This document shows, in pieces, positions 17,812 through 26,742 of a DNA stretch of 50,494 bases. Each line of letters opens with the position of its first letter. The stretch's first letter is position 1. The position numbers and the translations under genes were made by a program. The DNA comes from a virus (taxonomy: Duplodnaviria; Caudoviricetes): IMG/VR virus record IMGVR_UViG_3300020020_000046, positions 1 to 50,494 of that record; one strand, 5' to 3'. Below the pieces are notes generated by a model. The model ran no database searches, was not told the DNA's origin, and saw only the letters and a list, made by a program, of their open reading frames with translations.

Positions 17812-17840
17812 ATCCTGCTCGCCGCCGCCGCCGATGTCAA
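17812..17840 (-). promoter_or_regulatory. Sigma70-type promoter TTGACA-N17-CAGGAT
   Basis: Perfect -35 and 17-nt spacer upstream of an AGGAGG RBS. Confidence 0.6.
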
Positions 17841-17847
17841 GGCATGG

Positions 17848-17972
17848 ATCAGCCCCGCTGTCGTGCCCAAGCGGCAGCGGGGCTGATGAAGTCGCCGGCG
17901 CCAGGCCCGTCTAACCACCGCGGAGGAACCGACGGCCGCCCGGGCCGCCGGCGAGGCGGATCGGACGTGGCG
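17848..17972 (-). ncRNA. Candidate small structured RNA with an anti-Shine-Dalgarno segment
   Basis: Upstream extended -10; TCGCCGGCG/CGCCGGCGA stem; GGTTCCTCCG; ends in a perfect 13-bp hairpin (17848-17887). Confidence 0.35.
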
Positions 17973-17978
17973 AGCCGC

Positions 17979-17987
17979 ACCGTAGCA
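17979..17987 (-). promoter_or_regulatory. Extended -10 element TGCTACGGT
   Basis: TGnTAnnnT; the same motif recurs in intergenic DNA at 22490 and 36875. Confidence 0.5.
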
Positions 17988-18005
17988 CATGCGCAGCGGG
18001 CATGG

Positions 18006-18044
18006 GAAGGGCCCGGCGTAACCCCCAAAGCCGCCGGACCCTTC
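18006..18044 (-). terminator. Hairpin downstream of the fibre module
   Basis: GAAGGG(C)CCGGCG...CGCCGG(A)CCCTTC inverted repeat. Confidence 0.45.
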
Positions 18045-18128
18045 GCCGTGGCCCCGCGGGTAGATGCGCGCCTGCCCGGACCGTCCCAGTGTGCCCGGAT
18101 GCGCGCTCCCGCGATCGCCGCAGCCAGT

Positions 18129-19052
18129 CTACTCCTTCCGGCGACCCTCGTTGGCGGCCCTCGAGCGCGTCGGCGGCTTGGGCTTGCCGGGCTTCTGGCC
18201 GGCGCGGCGGGCCTTGGCGATGATCGGGTCCACGTCGTACTTCTTGTCCTCGCCGAATGGGCCCTTGTGGTCGTCGGCCATGCCGAGATACACGATCCGC
18301 GCCTCGGCCAGCCCGTAGCGGTCGACCAGGCTGTCCCACAGCGACCCTGCCCGGACGATCGGGTCGCAGTAGCACTCGCCGTTGCGACCGCGGCGCCGGA
18401 TGCACAGTCCCGGGGCGTGGAACGGGCAGGGCGGGCAGGCGTCGGTCTTGAGGCCCGGGACCTCGGCCATCCCGCCGCCACCGCCACCCGCAGGCGGCGT
18501 GACGGGCGGCGCCACGGGCCCGACGTCGGCGGTGACCGTCGGCGCTGGGACCGCCCACGTCATGGCCACAGGATCGGGCGTCACCGTGATCGTACCGCCG
18601 GCCGCGGTGACCGTCGGCGCGGGAACGGTCCAGACCAGCGCGACGGGATCGGGCGTGGCCGTGACGTCGCCGCCCGGGGCCGCGGTCACGACTGGCGCTG
18701 GCACCGCCCACACGATCGCGACCGAGCTCGGCGTCGCGATCGTGCCGACGCTCACGCTCGGCGCAGGCACCGTCCACGTCATCGCGACCGGCGACGGCGT
18801 GACCACCCGCCCGGCCGTGACGACCGGGGCCGGCACCTGCCAGACGATGGTAACCGGGCTGGGGGTGGCCCGGACGCCGACGCTGACGACCGGAGCGGGC
18901 ACGTTCCAGACGATCGCCACCGGGGCAGGCGTCACCAGCCGCCCGGCGCTCACCGCGGGCGCTGGGACCTGCCAGACGACCGCTACCGGGGCAGGGGTCG
19001 CGGTGACATCAGCCCCCCCACCGCCGCCCTGTAGGGCGAGGAGGACGCTCAT
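18129..19052 (-). CDS. Fibre-like repeat protein, 307 aa, with Cys-rich basic C-terminal domain
   Basis: Seven 22-26-aa repeats TPxPVAxxWxVPAPxVxxG. Confidence 0.7.
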   Translation of the reverse strand: MSVLLALQGGGGGADVTATPAPVAVVWQVPAPAVSAGRLVTPAPVAIVWNVPAPVVSVGVRATPSPVTIVWQVPAPVVTAGRVVTPSPVAMTWTVPAPSVSVGTIATPSSVAIVWAVPAPVVTAAPGGDVTATPDPVALVWTVPAPTVTAAGGTITVTPDPVAMTWAVPAPTVTADVGPVAPPVTPPAGGGGGGMAEVPGLKTDACPPCPFHAPGLCIRRRGRNGECYCDPIVRAGSLWDSLVDRYGLAEARIVYLGMADDHKGPFGEDKKYDVDPIIAKARRAGQKPGKPKPPTRSRAANEGRRKE

Positions 19053-19055
19053 GGC

Positions 19056-19727
19056 CTAGAAGGCGGTGACCTCACACCAAATGACCGTGAAGCCCGCGAC
19101 GTAGGTGAGCCCCGCCGGTCCGATGTGGGTCGTGCGGATGGCGAAGCCCTCTTGGTTGGCGAGGATGAGCGGTGACGAACCGCCACCGCTGGCGTCCAGC
19201 AACGGCTGCGGCGCCACGATCGAGGTCGGGCCGTAGATCGTCACGGCGCCGGTGCCGATGCCGCCGAGAGCTTGGCCGATCGCGTTGGCGTCGAGCGCCT
19301 TGGTGCCGACCGTAAGCGCGCCGGTCGTGGCGATGCCGAGGTCGTTGACCTGGCTGTTGGGCTCATCCGTCCGCATCTGTAGGTTGTCGCCCGACACCGC
19401 GATCCGGGTCCCGCCCGACCCGGCCGCCGACCACGCTCGGGCCGGGAACAGGTTGAACCCGAGCGGCCCCGCGGCGCTCGCGACGGCCACGATGCCGAGT
19501 CCATCGAACATGACCTTCTGGGCGATGGCGAAGCTCTTGGTGCCCGACAGGAAGCGGAACTGGAGGAGCTCCGAGTTGGCGGCCAGCGCGGCACCGATCG
19601 TGCCGGTGAACCCGGAGTACCGATACCAGTTGCCGCTGTACGGCAGAAGGTTCGCGTGAAGGGGCTTAGCAGCTTCCTCGCCCGCCCCGACGACGACGCC
19701 GCCGTTGCCGATCAGTTGGATGCCCAT
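19056..19727 (-). CDS. Putative virion structural protein, 223 aa
   Basis: Gly/Ala/Thr-rich beta protein; GAGGAG RBS; lies in the fibre module. Confidence 0.6.
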   Translation of the reverse strand: MGIQLIGNGGVVVGAGEEAAKPLHANLLPYSGNWYRYSGFTGTIGAALAANSELLQFRFLSGTKSFAIAQKVMFDGLGIVAVASAAGPLGFNLFPARAWSAAGSGGTRIAVSGDNLQMRTDEPNSQVNDLGIATTGALTVGTKALDANAIGQALGGIGTGAVTIYGPTSIVAPQPLLDASGGGSSPLILANQEGFAIRTTHIGPAGLTYVAGFTVIWCEVTAF

Positions 19728-19738
19728 GTCTTAGCTCC

Positions 19739-20020
19739 TCACACCCATGCCCAGGCGATCGTCCAGTTGCCGTAGATGCGCCCCTTGCCGCGTGCTCGGC
19801 CGTGGATCGTGAAGCCCGTTCCCGCGACGATGTCGGCCGCGAACACGGCGAGCTCCTCGAGCATGTGCTCGTCGGCGCTGTGCTCGGCGGTCGCGACGGG
19901 GCGCAGCCATGCCTCGACCAGCGTGCCCGCCACGATGGCGGCCTGCCCCGTGACCGCCAGCGAGGCGTCCGTCTTGCCCGGGAATGCCCCGAAATCGAGT
20001 GTGGCGGTGCCGGTCGCCAT
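19739..20020 (-). CDS. Small putative structural protein, 93 aa (MATGTATLDFG...)
   Basis: TAATG coupling; beta-strand pattern. Confidence 0.65.
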   Translation of the reverse strand: MATGTATLDFGAFPGKTDASLAVTGQAAIVAGTLVEAWLRPVATAEHSADEHMLEELAVFAADIVAGTGFTIHGRARGKGRIYGNWTIAWAWV

Positions 20021-20460
20021 TACGTGACCTGCAGCTGCCCTTCGGCGTTGATGACCACGTTGAACGCACCCCCGCCGCCGGCCAGCGGGAACCCTCCCGA
20101 GTCGACCCACGCGAACGGCCAGTCGTTGCCGGGTGTGCCGTCGACCCGGACGTACACGATGTAGCCCGCCATCGAGCGCGTGCCCGCCGCGACGGCCGCG
20201 CCGAAGGTGAAGTCGGGGTAATCGATCTCGGACCGATTGTTCGGGTCGTCCTGGGTGATCGTCGACGCCCCGAGGTCGGGCCGCGAGTAGCCGGCGCCGT
20301 CGTACTCGTCGAGCGTGCCGATGGCGGTGATGTTGGCCGCGTCCTGATCGGTGTCGGCGGTCGTGTTGGTCATGCACCCGATGGCCCGGATGTCGAGCGT
20401 GTCGAAATCCGCGTCGGCCTTGGCCGACTTCTGCTTGGCCGGGGTGTAGACGAAGCTCAC
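20020..20460 (-). CDS. Conserved-type phage structural protein, 146 aa
   Basis: MSFVY...DFDTLDIRAI...EYDGAGYSR...WVDSGGFP pattern recalled from a widespread fibre-associated family. Confidence 0.65.
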   Translation of the reverse strand: MSFVYTPAKQKSAKADADFDTLDIRAIGCMTNTTADTDQDAANITAIGTLDEYDGAGYSRPDLGASTITQDDPNNRSEIDYPDFTFGAAVAAGTRSMAGYIVYVRVDGTPGNDWPFAWVDSGGFPLAGGGGAFNVVINAEGQLQVT

Positions 20461-20711
20461 GTCTCGTCGGCCGCGGACTCGGCGAGCTGGTCGGCCATCC
20501 GGCGATCCTCGGCCAGCACCTTCTCGTCGATGCGGATGCCAAGCTGGGCCGGCTCGACGCTGTAGTCGTTGCCGTAGATGGCCCAGGTCGCCGGCGGCTT
20601 GCCCTCGTCGGTCCGGGCGGTCAGGTCGGCCACGATCTCGCGCAGGTCGGCGATGAACTCCTCGACCTCGGCCTGCGAGGCGTGGGTCGTGATGTGGATG
20701 GCGATGCTCAT
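20457..20711 (-). CDS. Hypothetical acidic protein, 84 aa
   Basis: AAGGAGG RBS. Confidence 0.7.
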   Translation of the reverse strand: MSIAIHITTHASQAEVEEFIADLREIVADLTARTDEGKPPATWAIYGNDYSVEPAQLGIRIDEKVLAEDRRMADQLAESAADET

Positions 20712-20735
20712 GCAACCTCCTTGCGGGCCATCGTA

Positions 20736-20975
20736 TCAGGGCTCGACGCGGCTCAGGATGCAGGCGACGACGTCCTGCACGAGCCGCTCGACCTCGGCGA
20801 TGCTGACGGTCCGGCCGTCGAAGCGCAGGTTGAACGTGAGTCGGATCGTGTCGCCCTCGACGCCCATCGTGACGACGACGCGGTCGCCCTCGAAGCTGGC
20901 CATCAGCGGCGGCACCTCGGGGATGACGTCGTAGCCCGCCTCGGCCGGAGCGACCCAGCGCAGCGGCTCGGTCAC
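20736..20975 (-). CDS. Hypothetical protein, 79 aa
   Basis: GTGA coupling. Confidence 0.6.
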   Translation of the reverse strand: MTEPLRWVAPAEAGYDVIPEVPPLMASFEGDRVVVTMGVEGDTIRLTFNLRFDGRTVSIAEVERLVQDVVACILSRVEP

Positions 20976-21232
20976 TTGATCCTGCGCCGGCTGATGATCT
21001 GGCTGGCCGGGATGACGAGCGTCCCGAACACGTTGCCGCCCTGGCTCAACGAGCCGGTCAGCATCACGCCGCGCTTGTCGTCGGCCAGCACGTAGCCCAT
21101 CGAGCGCTGGCGAATACGCTTGCGCTCCTTCATCGCCTCGCGGTGGGCCTCCCAGCCGCCGGTCAGCAGCAGGCTGTCCTCCCACACGACCTCGAGCATC
21201 GGCAACTTCGGCACCCGGCGCTTGGGCTTCAC
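20972..21232 (-). CDS. Small phage beta-barrel-type protein, 86 aa
   Basis: VVWEDS...W...SMGYVL...IP motif of a common phage hypothetical family. Confidence 0.65.
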   Translation of the reverse strand: MKPKRRVPKLPMLEVVWEDSLLLTGGWEAHREAMKERKRIRQRSMGYVLADDKRGVMLTGSLSQGGNVFGTLVIPASQIISRRRIK

Positions 21233-21600
21233 AGCGCGATCCCGTCCTCTGGATGTCGAGCCGCTCGCCGCTGGGCCCGGACCGGGGTCCCGCCGTCGGC
21301 GAGGCGGCGGTGGTCGGGCCGGAACGGTACTAGCGCTCGCGATGCAGCCTGCAGGTCGCGGATGTGCTGGGCCATCAGCTCGTGGGCCTCCTCGAGCCCA
21401 GCGACCCGGGCCTCGAGCTGGTCGATGAGCCGGTTGCGCCCGATCCGGCCACGCATCCCGATGCGGGCGGTGTGCTGGTAGACCGCCGAGGTGCTCACGC
21501 CGTAGCGCTCGGCGATGGCAGTCACCGACGAGCCCGGCTGGGCCAGCATGGCCATGAGCTCGGCGTCGGGCGGCAGGCGGCGCGGGCCGCCACGGCCCAT
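21229..21600 (-). CDS. Helix-turn-helix plus coiled-coil DNA-binding protein, 123 aa
   Basis: SVTAIAERYGVSTSAVYQH HTH. Confidence 0.75.
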   Translation of the reverse strand: MGRGGPRRLPPDAELMAMLAQPGSSVTAIAERYGVSTSAVYQHTARIGMRGRIGRNRLIDQLEARVAGLEEAHELMAQHIRDLQAASRALVPFRPDHRRLADGGTPVRAQRRAARHPEDGIAL

Positions 21601-22109
21601 CAGCCGGCCTTGAGGTGGCGCTTGCGCAGGACCCGGGTGCCGCGGCGGCGGCGCTTGGCGAGCTTCTCCACCTCCTCGCGGTCACGGTTCTTGCGGCGTG
21701 CCTGGCCGGGCGGGTTCTCGCCGCGGTCGCTGCGCGACGGGTTGGTCAACGGCTGGGCGGCTTCGCGCTGCCGAGCCTCGTATTCCTGCCGCGATCCAGC
21801 GATGTCGGGGACGCGCCGCCGGCTCTTGGCGTCGGGCGGCCGCCGGTTGTTGGCACCACGCCGGTCCTCGATCGCGGCCATCCCGCGCCGGACCTTGTCC
21901 GGGGCCGCCTCGGCAGCGCTCCTGAGCCCGCCCGGCTTGGGCCGCGGCTTGCCATCCTGGCGGACCGGCGTCGCCCGGCGGCGCCCGCCCTTGGGCTTGA
22001 GCGCCTCGCCGATCGAGGGCACGCTGTGGTACTTCCTCGCCTCGTCGCTGAACGAGCGGTCGGGCGTCTCGATCGAGCGCTTCTTGCGGGCTCCGGGCGG
22101 TCCGGGCAT
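21600..22109 (-). CDS. Highly basic disordered protein, 169 aa
   Basis: AAGGAGG RBS; Arg/Lys-rich; first gene of the minus-strand transcript. Confidence 0.7.
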   Translation of the reverse strand: MPGPPGARKKRSIETPDRSFSDEARKYHSVPSIGEALKPKGGRRRATPVRQDGKPRPKPGGLRSAAEAAPDKVRRGMAAIEDRRGANNRRPPDAKSRRRVPDIAGSRQEYEARQREAAQPLTNPSRSDRGENPPGQARRKNRDREEVEKLAKRRRRGTRVLRKRHLKAG

Positions 22110-22489
22110 GGCGTGAACCTCCTTGTCGGGGTCGTTCGGCCGCCGGTGGTCGACGTCCGGCGGCCGCGGGGCCACCCTACGCCGCCCGATGGGCGATTGT
22201 CCAGCCCGCCACAGATGCCCCAGGACGCCCCCGGGCGGCCACCCTGCGTCCAAGTGCCACTCCACCCGGTCGCGGCCCGCCACGGACCGAATCTGGCGGG
22301 CTCCGGGCCGATCCTGTCGCCCCCGGCCCTTCCCCGGAGCTGAGGTCCGCCCATCCGGCGCTCCGCAGGCACCGGCAGCGAGCCCAGCGGACACGGGAGG
22401 ACGGGATCAGGAGCAGCGGGTCTGCCCTTGCGAGAGTCGACCTGCGACCAAGGGGCACGTTACCGTCGTCACGACCCGCGTGCTGGTGC

Positions 22490-22498
22490 AGCGTAGCA
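22490..22498 (-). promoter_or_regulatory. Extended -10 element TGCTACGCT
   Basis: TGn-TAnnnT upstream of the long minus-strand operon. Confidence 0.5.
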
Positions 22499-22972
22499 GG
22501 GATGACCGGATGGGACCCGACGGAAACGGTGATCCCGGGGTGGGGACGACCCACCCACCCGGCGCCGCGCGCCGTCTGGTCTTGCCCCCGGCAGGGGGGG
22601 CTGCGAGCACCCGGAAAGCGCCGGTATGTTCTGATCGAGCGCGGCGGAGCACGCCCCCCGCCCCCCGGCACCACGCGCCACGAGCTCTAGGTATGGCGAC
22701 CTGGGCCCACGCACCAACGGACGTAACCAATGTTATCGGCTGCAGCGTGAGCGCTCGACACGTGGCCCGAGCTCTCTCCCGCGTCGGGGCAGGAGTGTCG
22801 GCCCCTCGCCCTCCCGCTCGCTTCGCTCGCCTCCGGTTCCGTCGCTCGTTCCTCGCTCCCTCCTCTCCCTCCGTAGGTTCCCTCCCCTCGGCCGGCCTTC
22901 GAGCGCTTGCGCTACGATGCCCCCAGCATTGCCCCGAGCATCCGAAGGGCGGCCGAGGATGGCCCAAAGGTA

Positions 22973-23014
22973 CTAGCGCGAGCGCTTGACGTGGCCGCCT
23001 GGCGGGTGTTCACT
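22973..23014 (+). promoter_or_regulatory. Operator-like CTAGCGCGAGCGCT abutting promoter TTGACG-N17-TTCACT
   Basis: Identical 14-mer at 35703-35716; upstream of the TAGGAGG RBS of the first plus-strand gene. Confidence 0.55.
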
Positions 23015-23068
23015 TGACACCGACCCCGGCACCGTCTGACCGGGCCCGTCCGCTTAGGAGGACACACC

Positions 23069-24049
23069 GTGACCACGACCCACACCGGCAAGGGCCGCGC
23101 CCGATGCGACGAGTGCGGCCGCTCGTTCGACCTGCTCGACCCGACCGACGCCGAGGAATACGCCTACGGCCACGACTGCAAGCCCGCCGGCGACGACGAC
23201 ACCGACAACCATCCCGAGCATGACGGCCTGCGGGCGCAGCACCTCGACGGCTGGACCTGCGGCAAGTGCGACGTCGCGGCCGAGATCGAAGCGGGCGACA
23301 CTGACGACGACGAGCCCGACGACGGCGCGGTGCTCATCGCTGGCGTCCTGTACGACGTCGAGACGCTCGACGAGCTGCCGGACGGATCAGACCCGGACGG
23401 CCCGCGCACCTGCGACGGCCAGAGCTGCATCAACACGGCCGAGGACGGTGGCGTCCTGTGCCTGTCCTGCATCGCGGCCGCCGTCGCGCTCGACCCGGGC
23501 GATGCGGCCGCGGTCGACGAGCTGGCGGCCGGCCTGACGCCCGAGCCGATGCGCGGCCCCGGCTTCATCCCGGCCATTGATGCCTGGGCGCTGACCGCCA
23601 GCGACCAGCGCGCCCGGCACGGCGCCGCGTGGTCATCCCTGCTCGCCCGGTCCAACCAGCACCGGCGCGCGCTGGTCGCCCGCTCATCGCCCGACGACAC
23701 CGGCCACCTACGCGCCAACCTGCGCCGTGCCGCGGCGCTGTCCGGCCTCGTGCCAGACTGGTTCGACCACGACGTAGCCCAGCGCCAGTACGAGCTTGTC
23801 GCCGTGTTTGGCGGCTGGCGGGCCGCGGCCATCGGCGCCACGTGGCGCTACCGGGCGACCGACGTGACCGACGCGGGGCCGATCTCGTTTCGCGCATGGC
23901 CGGGCGACCGGGCCGCCGACTACGACGCCGGCGCGGAGCGTTTCGAGCTCTCGCCCTCCGGCCGCTGGTACCGCGACATGCCGCCCATCTACGCGGCTGG
24001 TCGGGCGCAGTCCATCACGGCCCGCCCTGACGCCAACCGCCCCGCCTGA
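23069..24049 (+). CDS. Early-type acidic protein with several Cys/His clusters, 326 aa
   Basis: TAGGAGG RBS; CDEC..H.C, CGKC and CDGQSC..CLSC clusters. Confidence 0.75.
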   Translation: MTTTHTGKGRARCDECGRSFDLLDPTDAEEYAYGHDCKPAGDDDTDNHPEHDGLRAQHLDGWTCGKCDVAAEIEAGDTDDDEPDDGAVLIAGVLYDVETLDELPDGSDPDGPRTCDGQSCINTAEDGGVLCLSCIAAAVALDPGDAAAVDELAAGLTPEPMRGPGFIPAIDAWALTASDQRARHGAAWSSLLARSNQHRRALVARSSPDDTGHLRANLRRAAALSGLVPDWFDHDVAQRQYELVAVFGGWRAAAIGATWRYRATDVTDAGPISFRAWPGDRAADYDAGAERFELSPSGRWYRDMPPIYAAGRAQSITARPDANRPA

Positions 24050-24135
24050 CGCCCTGACCGTCGGGCGCGAGCCGTTCGCGCCCCTCGGCCAGCGCGGCAC
24101 CGTCTAGCCCAGCGTTGGATAGCACCGGAGGAACC

Positions 24136-24240
24136 ATGAGCGCACCGAAGCGCCCGCACTATCGCCGACCGCGCCCGGCCGATCAACGCCGCGAACGCAT
24201 CGCGGCCCGAGCCGTCAAGCGATGGAGCGCCGAGCCATGA
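24136..24240 (+). CDS. Small basic peptide, 34 aa
   Basis: GGAGG RBS; ATGA coupling to the next gene. Confidence 0.55.
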   Translation: MSAPKRPHYRRPRPADQRRERIAARAVKRWSAEP

Positions 24241-24584
24241 CCCCGTGCCGTAACTACTTCCCCGACCCCGACGGCCGTTGTTCATCGTGCCGCGAGCCGG
24301 TCGAGGACCACGCCACGAACGGCACACCCGGCGACCTGGCCACGGTCGCCCAGCGAGTCTACGAGCTCCTGACGCACTACGGCCACCATTGCACCGTCCA
24401 GAACCTCCTGCCCGATCTCCGCGCGGCCCTGCTGCCGGTCCTGCTCGCCGAGCGCGAGACCCTGCTACGGGACCACTTCGAGGACGGCGGCCGGACCGTC
24501 AGCGGAGCGGCGCCGGCCTGCAAGGACTGTGTGCGCGCCGTCGCCCTGCGCCGTGATCTAGAACGGATGGGCTGGACTCCATGA
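24237..24584 (+). CDS. Hypothetical Zn-binding protein, 115 aa
   Basis: C..CxxC..H and CxxC; coupled. Confidence 0.65.
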   Translation: MTPCRNYFPDPDGRCSSCREPVEDHATNGTPGDLATVAQRVYELLTHYGHHCTVQNLLPDLRAALLPVLLAERETLLRDHFEDGGRTVSGAAPACKDCVRAVALRRDLERMGWTP

Positions 24585-24847
24585 GCGCCACCCGCTACGC
24601 GGTCGCGCTCCGCCCCGGCCGCGTGCAATGCTGGTACACGGTCCGCCTGCCCGACGGCGCGACCATCGCCCGCTATCCCCAGCCGGAGCACGCCCAGCGG
24701 GACGCCGGGCTGCTAAACGCGCTGGCCGACGAGCTCGACGCGATCCGCTCGCGCGACGTCGACGACCGGCCCGGCGCCGACTTCGTCCAATGCCACGAGC
24801 ACGGCATCGGCTGCCCCTGCCGCCTGGGCGGCGAGGTCATCGCATGA
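24581..24847 (+). CDS. Hypothetical protein, 88 aa
   Basis: Coupled; CxxHxxxCxC tail. Confidence 0.6.
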   Translation: MSATRYAVALRPGRVQCWYTVRLPDGATIARYPQPEHAQRDAGLLNALADELDAIRSRDVDDRPGADFVQCHEHGIGCPCRLGGEVIA

Positions 24848-25095
24848 GCACGACCGCCTCGGCCCTCGCGGCCGGCTGGTCGCTGACCGACGACACCGGC
24901 GCGGAGCTCCCGCCCGCGCCGTGCGTCGGGTCCGGTCAGGTACTCGCCTGGTCGCCGATGCTGCGCGAGACCTGCCCGGATTGCGGGCGGACGGTCCGCA
25001 CCGTTGACCGGGCGCTGGTCGCCCACTACCCCGAACGCGTCGCCCCGGCCAACGCCGGACCGACTGCGGCGCCCACGATCTCGCTCGACCTGTAA
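24844..25095 (+). CDS. Small Zn-ribbon protein, 83 aa (CxGSG...CxxCGR...H)
   Basis: Coupled; common phage Zn motif. Confidence 0.65.
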   Translation: MSTTASALAAGWSLTDDTGAELPPAPCVGSGQVLAWSPMLRETCPDCGRTVRTVDRALVAHYPERVAPANAGPTAAPTISLDL

Positions 25096-25108
25096 GGAGG
25101 ACAACGCC

Positions 25109-26020
25109 ATGACCACGAGAACCATGCCCCATCCGAACGCCCCGCAGCCGCTATACGACCCGCTCGACGCGGTAGCGATCGAGCATCAAGCCGCCGCGAG
25201 CACCTACGCCGCGGCCCGCCATCGCGCGGCCGAGCTCCGCGAGGAAGCGCGCAACGCCGAGCGCGACGAGGAAGCCGCCGGGACGCGCATCAAGGCCGCC
25301 ACGGCTCGCGCCCTGCTGATCCTGCGAGCGCTAGTCAACCGTGACGAGACCGAGCCGACCGCCGTTGTCGGCAAGGACTACGAGGGATTGACCGTCGAGT
25401 ACCGCGCGGCCCTCGGCCGCGTCAACGTCCACATCCGACGCGGCACCCGCACCGCGGCCCCGCGCTGGGTCGCGTTCGGCTGGCGCTATGGCACCGACAA
25501 CAACGCGGGCGAGACCGTGTACGAGCCTCCGATGGGCTCGAACGACCCCGACAAGCTCGCCGCGCAAGGCGTAGCGGCCGAGGCCGCCGCGCGTGCCTGG
25601 CTGCAACCGCTGACCGGCGCGGCATGGCTGGCCGCCGAAGGTCTCGCCGCGGTCGAGCCCGTCGACCTGCTGACCGTCGAGGGCTACGCCACGCAAGGCC
25701 ACGAGCGCGGCGCGTACAGCCCGTCGGCGACCATCAGCATCGGCCGCACGATGGACAACGGCGTACAGCTGGCCAAGATCGACGGCTACGACCTCGGCTA
25801 TGGTCTCGGCAACGAACGCCGCCCGGCGCTGTCGCAGCGGCAGGCGGCCGAGCTCGTCGCGCTGACGCGGGGCAACGTGCCCATCGTCGACCTTCGGCCG
25901 GACCTGCCCGCCGAGCGTGAGCGACGTATCGAGGCTATCCGCGCCCTGATCCGGCGCAACGGCCGGCACATCGCCGCGACGTGGCTCGAAGGCTTCCGCA
26001 TCGACGGGACGCCGCGATGA
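25109..26020 (+). CDS. Hypothetical early-type protein, 303 aa
   Basis: TAAGGAGG RBS. Confidence 0.75.
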   Translation: MTTRTMPHPNAPQPLYDPLDAVAIEHQAAASTYAAARHRAAELREEARNAERDEEAAGTRIKAATARALLILRALVNRDETEPTAVVGKDYEGLTVEYRAALGRVNVHIRRGTRTAAPRWVAFGWRYGTDNNAGETVYEPPMGSNDPDKLAAQGVAAEAAARAWLQPLTGAAWLAAEGLAAVEPVDLLTVEGYATQGHERGAYSPSATISIGRTMDNGVQLAKIDGYDLGYGLGNERRPALSQRQAAELVALTRGNVPIVDLRPDLPAERERRIEAIRALIRRNGRHIAATWLEGFRIDGTPR

Positions 26021-26379
26021 CCGCCGAGCCCGCGCCCGATAGCCTCATCGGCCAACCGATCTCGCCCCAGCTCGCGCAGCTCGTCCGCAATGTCGAGCTC
26101 TTGGCTCAGGCGTGGGCGGACCCCGGCGAAGTCGCCGGGGCATGGGGCGGTGACGGCGCCGACCCGGCCGACATCGCCACCGATCTCGTGCAAGCGTGGG
26201 CGTCATTCTCCGCCTGGCCGCCGGGCGACTTCGAGGCGTCTGGCCCGCTGCAGCTCGAAAACTGCACGGACGAGACGCCCCAATGCCCGCACTACGCCTG
26301 CCCTGACGGCTGGCACCGCGGCGACGCGCCCAACTGCTCATGTACCCCCGACTGCGCCGACCTCGATGGCGACGACTGA
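26017..26379 (+). CDS. Hypothetical acidic Cys-rich protein, 120 aa
   Basis: ATGA coupling. Confidence 0.6.
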   Translation: MTAEPAPDSLIGQPISPQLAQLVRNVELLAQAWADPGEVAGAWGGDGADPADIATDLVQAWASFSAWPPGDFEASGPLQLENCTDETPQCPHYACPDGWHRGDAPNCSCTPDCADLDGDD

Positions 26380-26572
26380 CCGGAGCCCGAGCCCGACGAC
26401 GCACCCGTACCGCGTCATCGGGCCGGAGCCGGCCCCCCGCTACTACCGCACGGAGCGCGGCGCGCGGACCGCCGCCGCGCTCACCCGCGGATCGAGCCGC
26501 GAGGCTCCGCCCATCGTCGAGGTCTACGACCCGACGCACCCGGCCGCGTTCGGCGGCTGGCGCCTGGCATGA
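26366..26572 (+). CDS. Hypothetical protein, 68 aa
   Basis: Overlapping chain of small ORFs. Confidence 0.55.
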   Translation: MATTDRSPSPTTHPYRVIGPEPAPRYYRTERGARTAAALTRGSSREAPPIVEVYDPTHPAAFGGWRLA

Positions 26573-26742
26573 AGGCGCACCGCGTCTACGACGGCAACGT
26601 CCGAGAGAGCCGACCGGGCGACGTCGACCACTCGCAGCCGCCGCTCACGCCCCGGCGTGTCTGCGACCGATGCGGCCGCCGGGTCTACCACCGCGGCCGG
26701 ATCGTCAACGGCACGCCCTGGGCACACGGTGACCCGCCATGA
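26569..26742 (+). CDS. Small Zn-finger protein, 57 aa (CDRCGRRV...WxH)
   Basis: ATGA coupling at both ends. Confidence 0.6.
   Translation: MKAHRVYDGNVRESRPGDVDHSQPPLTPRRVCDRCGRRVYHRGRIVNGTPWAHGDPP

Larger units (their letters stand above)
22110..23068. promoter_or_regulatory. ~960-bp divergent non-coding control region (possible genome terminus)
   Basis: No credible ORF; strand switch; contains promoters, operator-like palindromes, a polypyrimidine tract and G/C runs. Confidence 0.7.

Noticed and set aside
17848-18128. tRNA or known ribozyme
   Set aside because: No cloverleaf with T-loop and anticodon arms, and no hammerhead core recognised
22123-22989. ORFs in the control region on both strands
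   Set aside because: No RBS, poor codon bias and low-complexity translations
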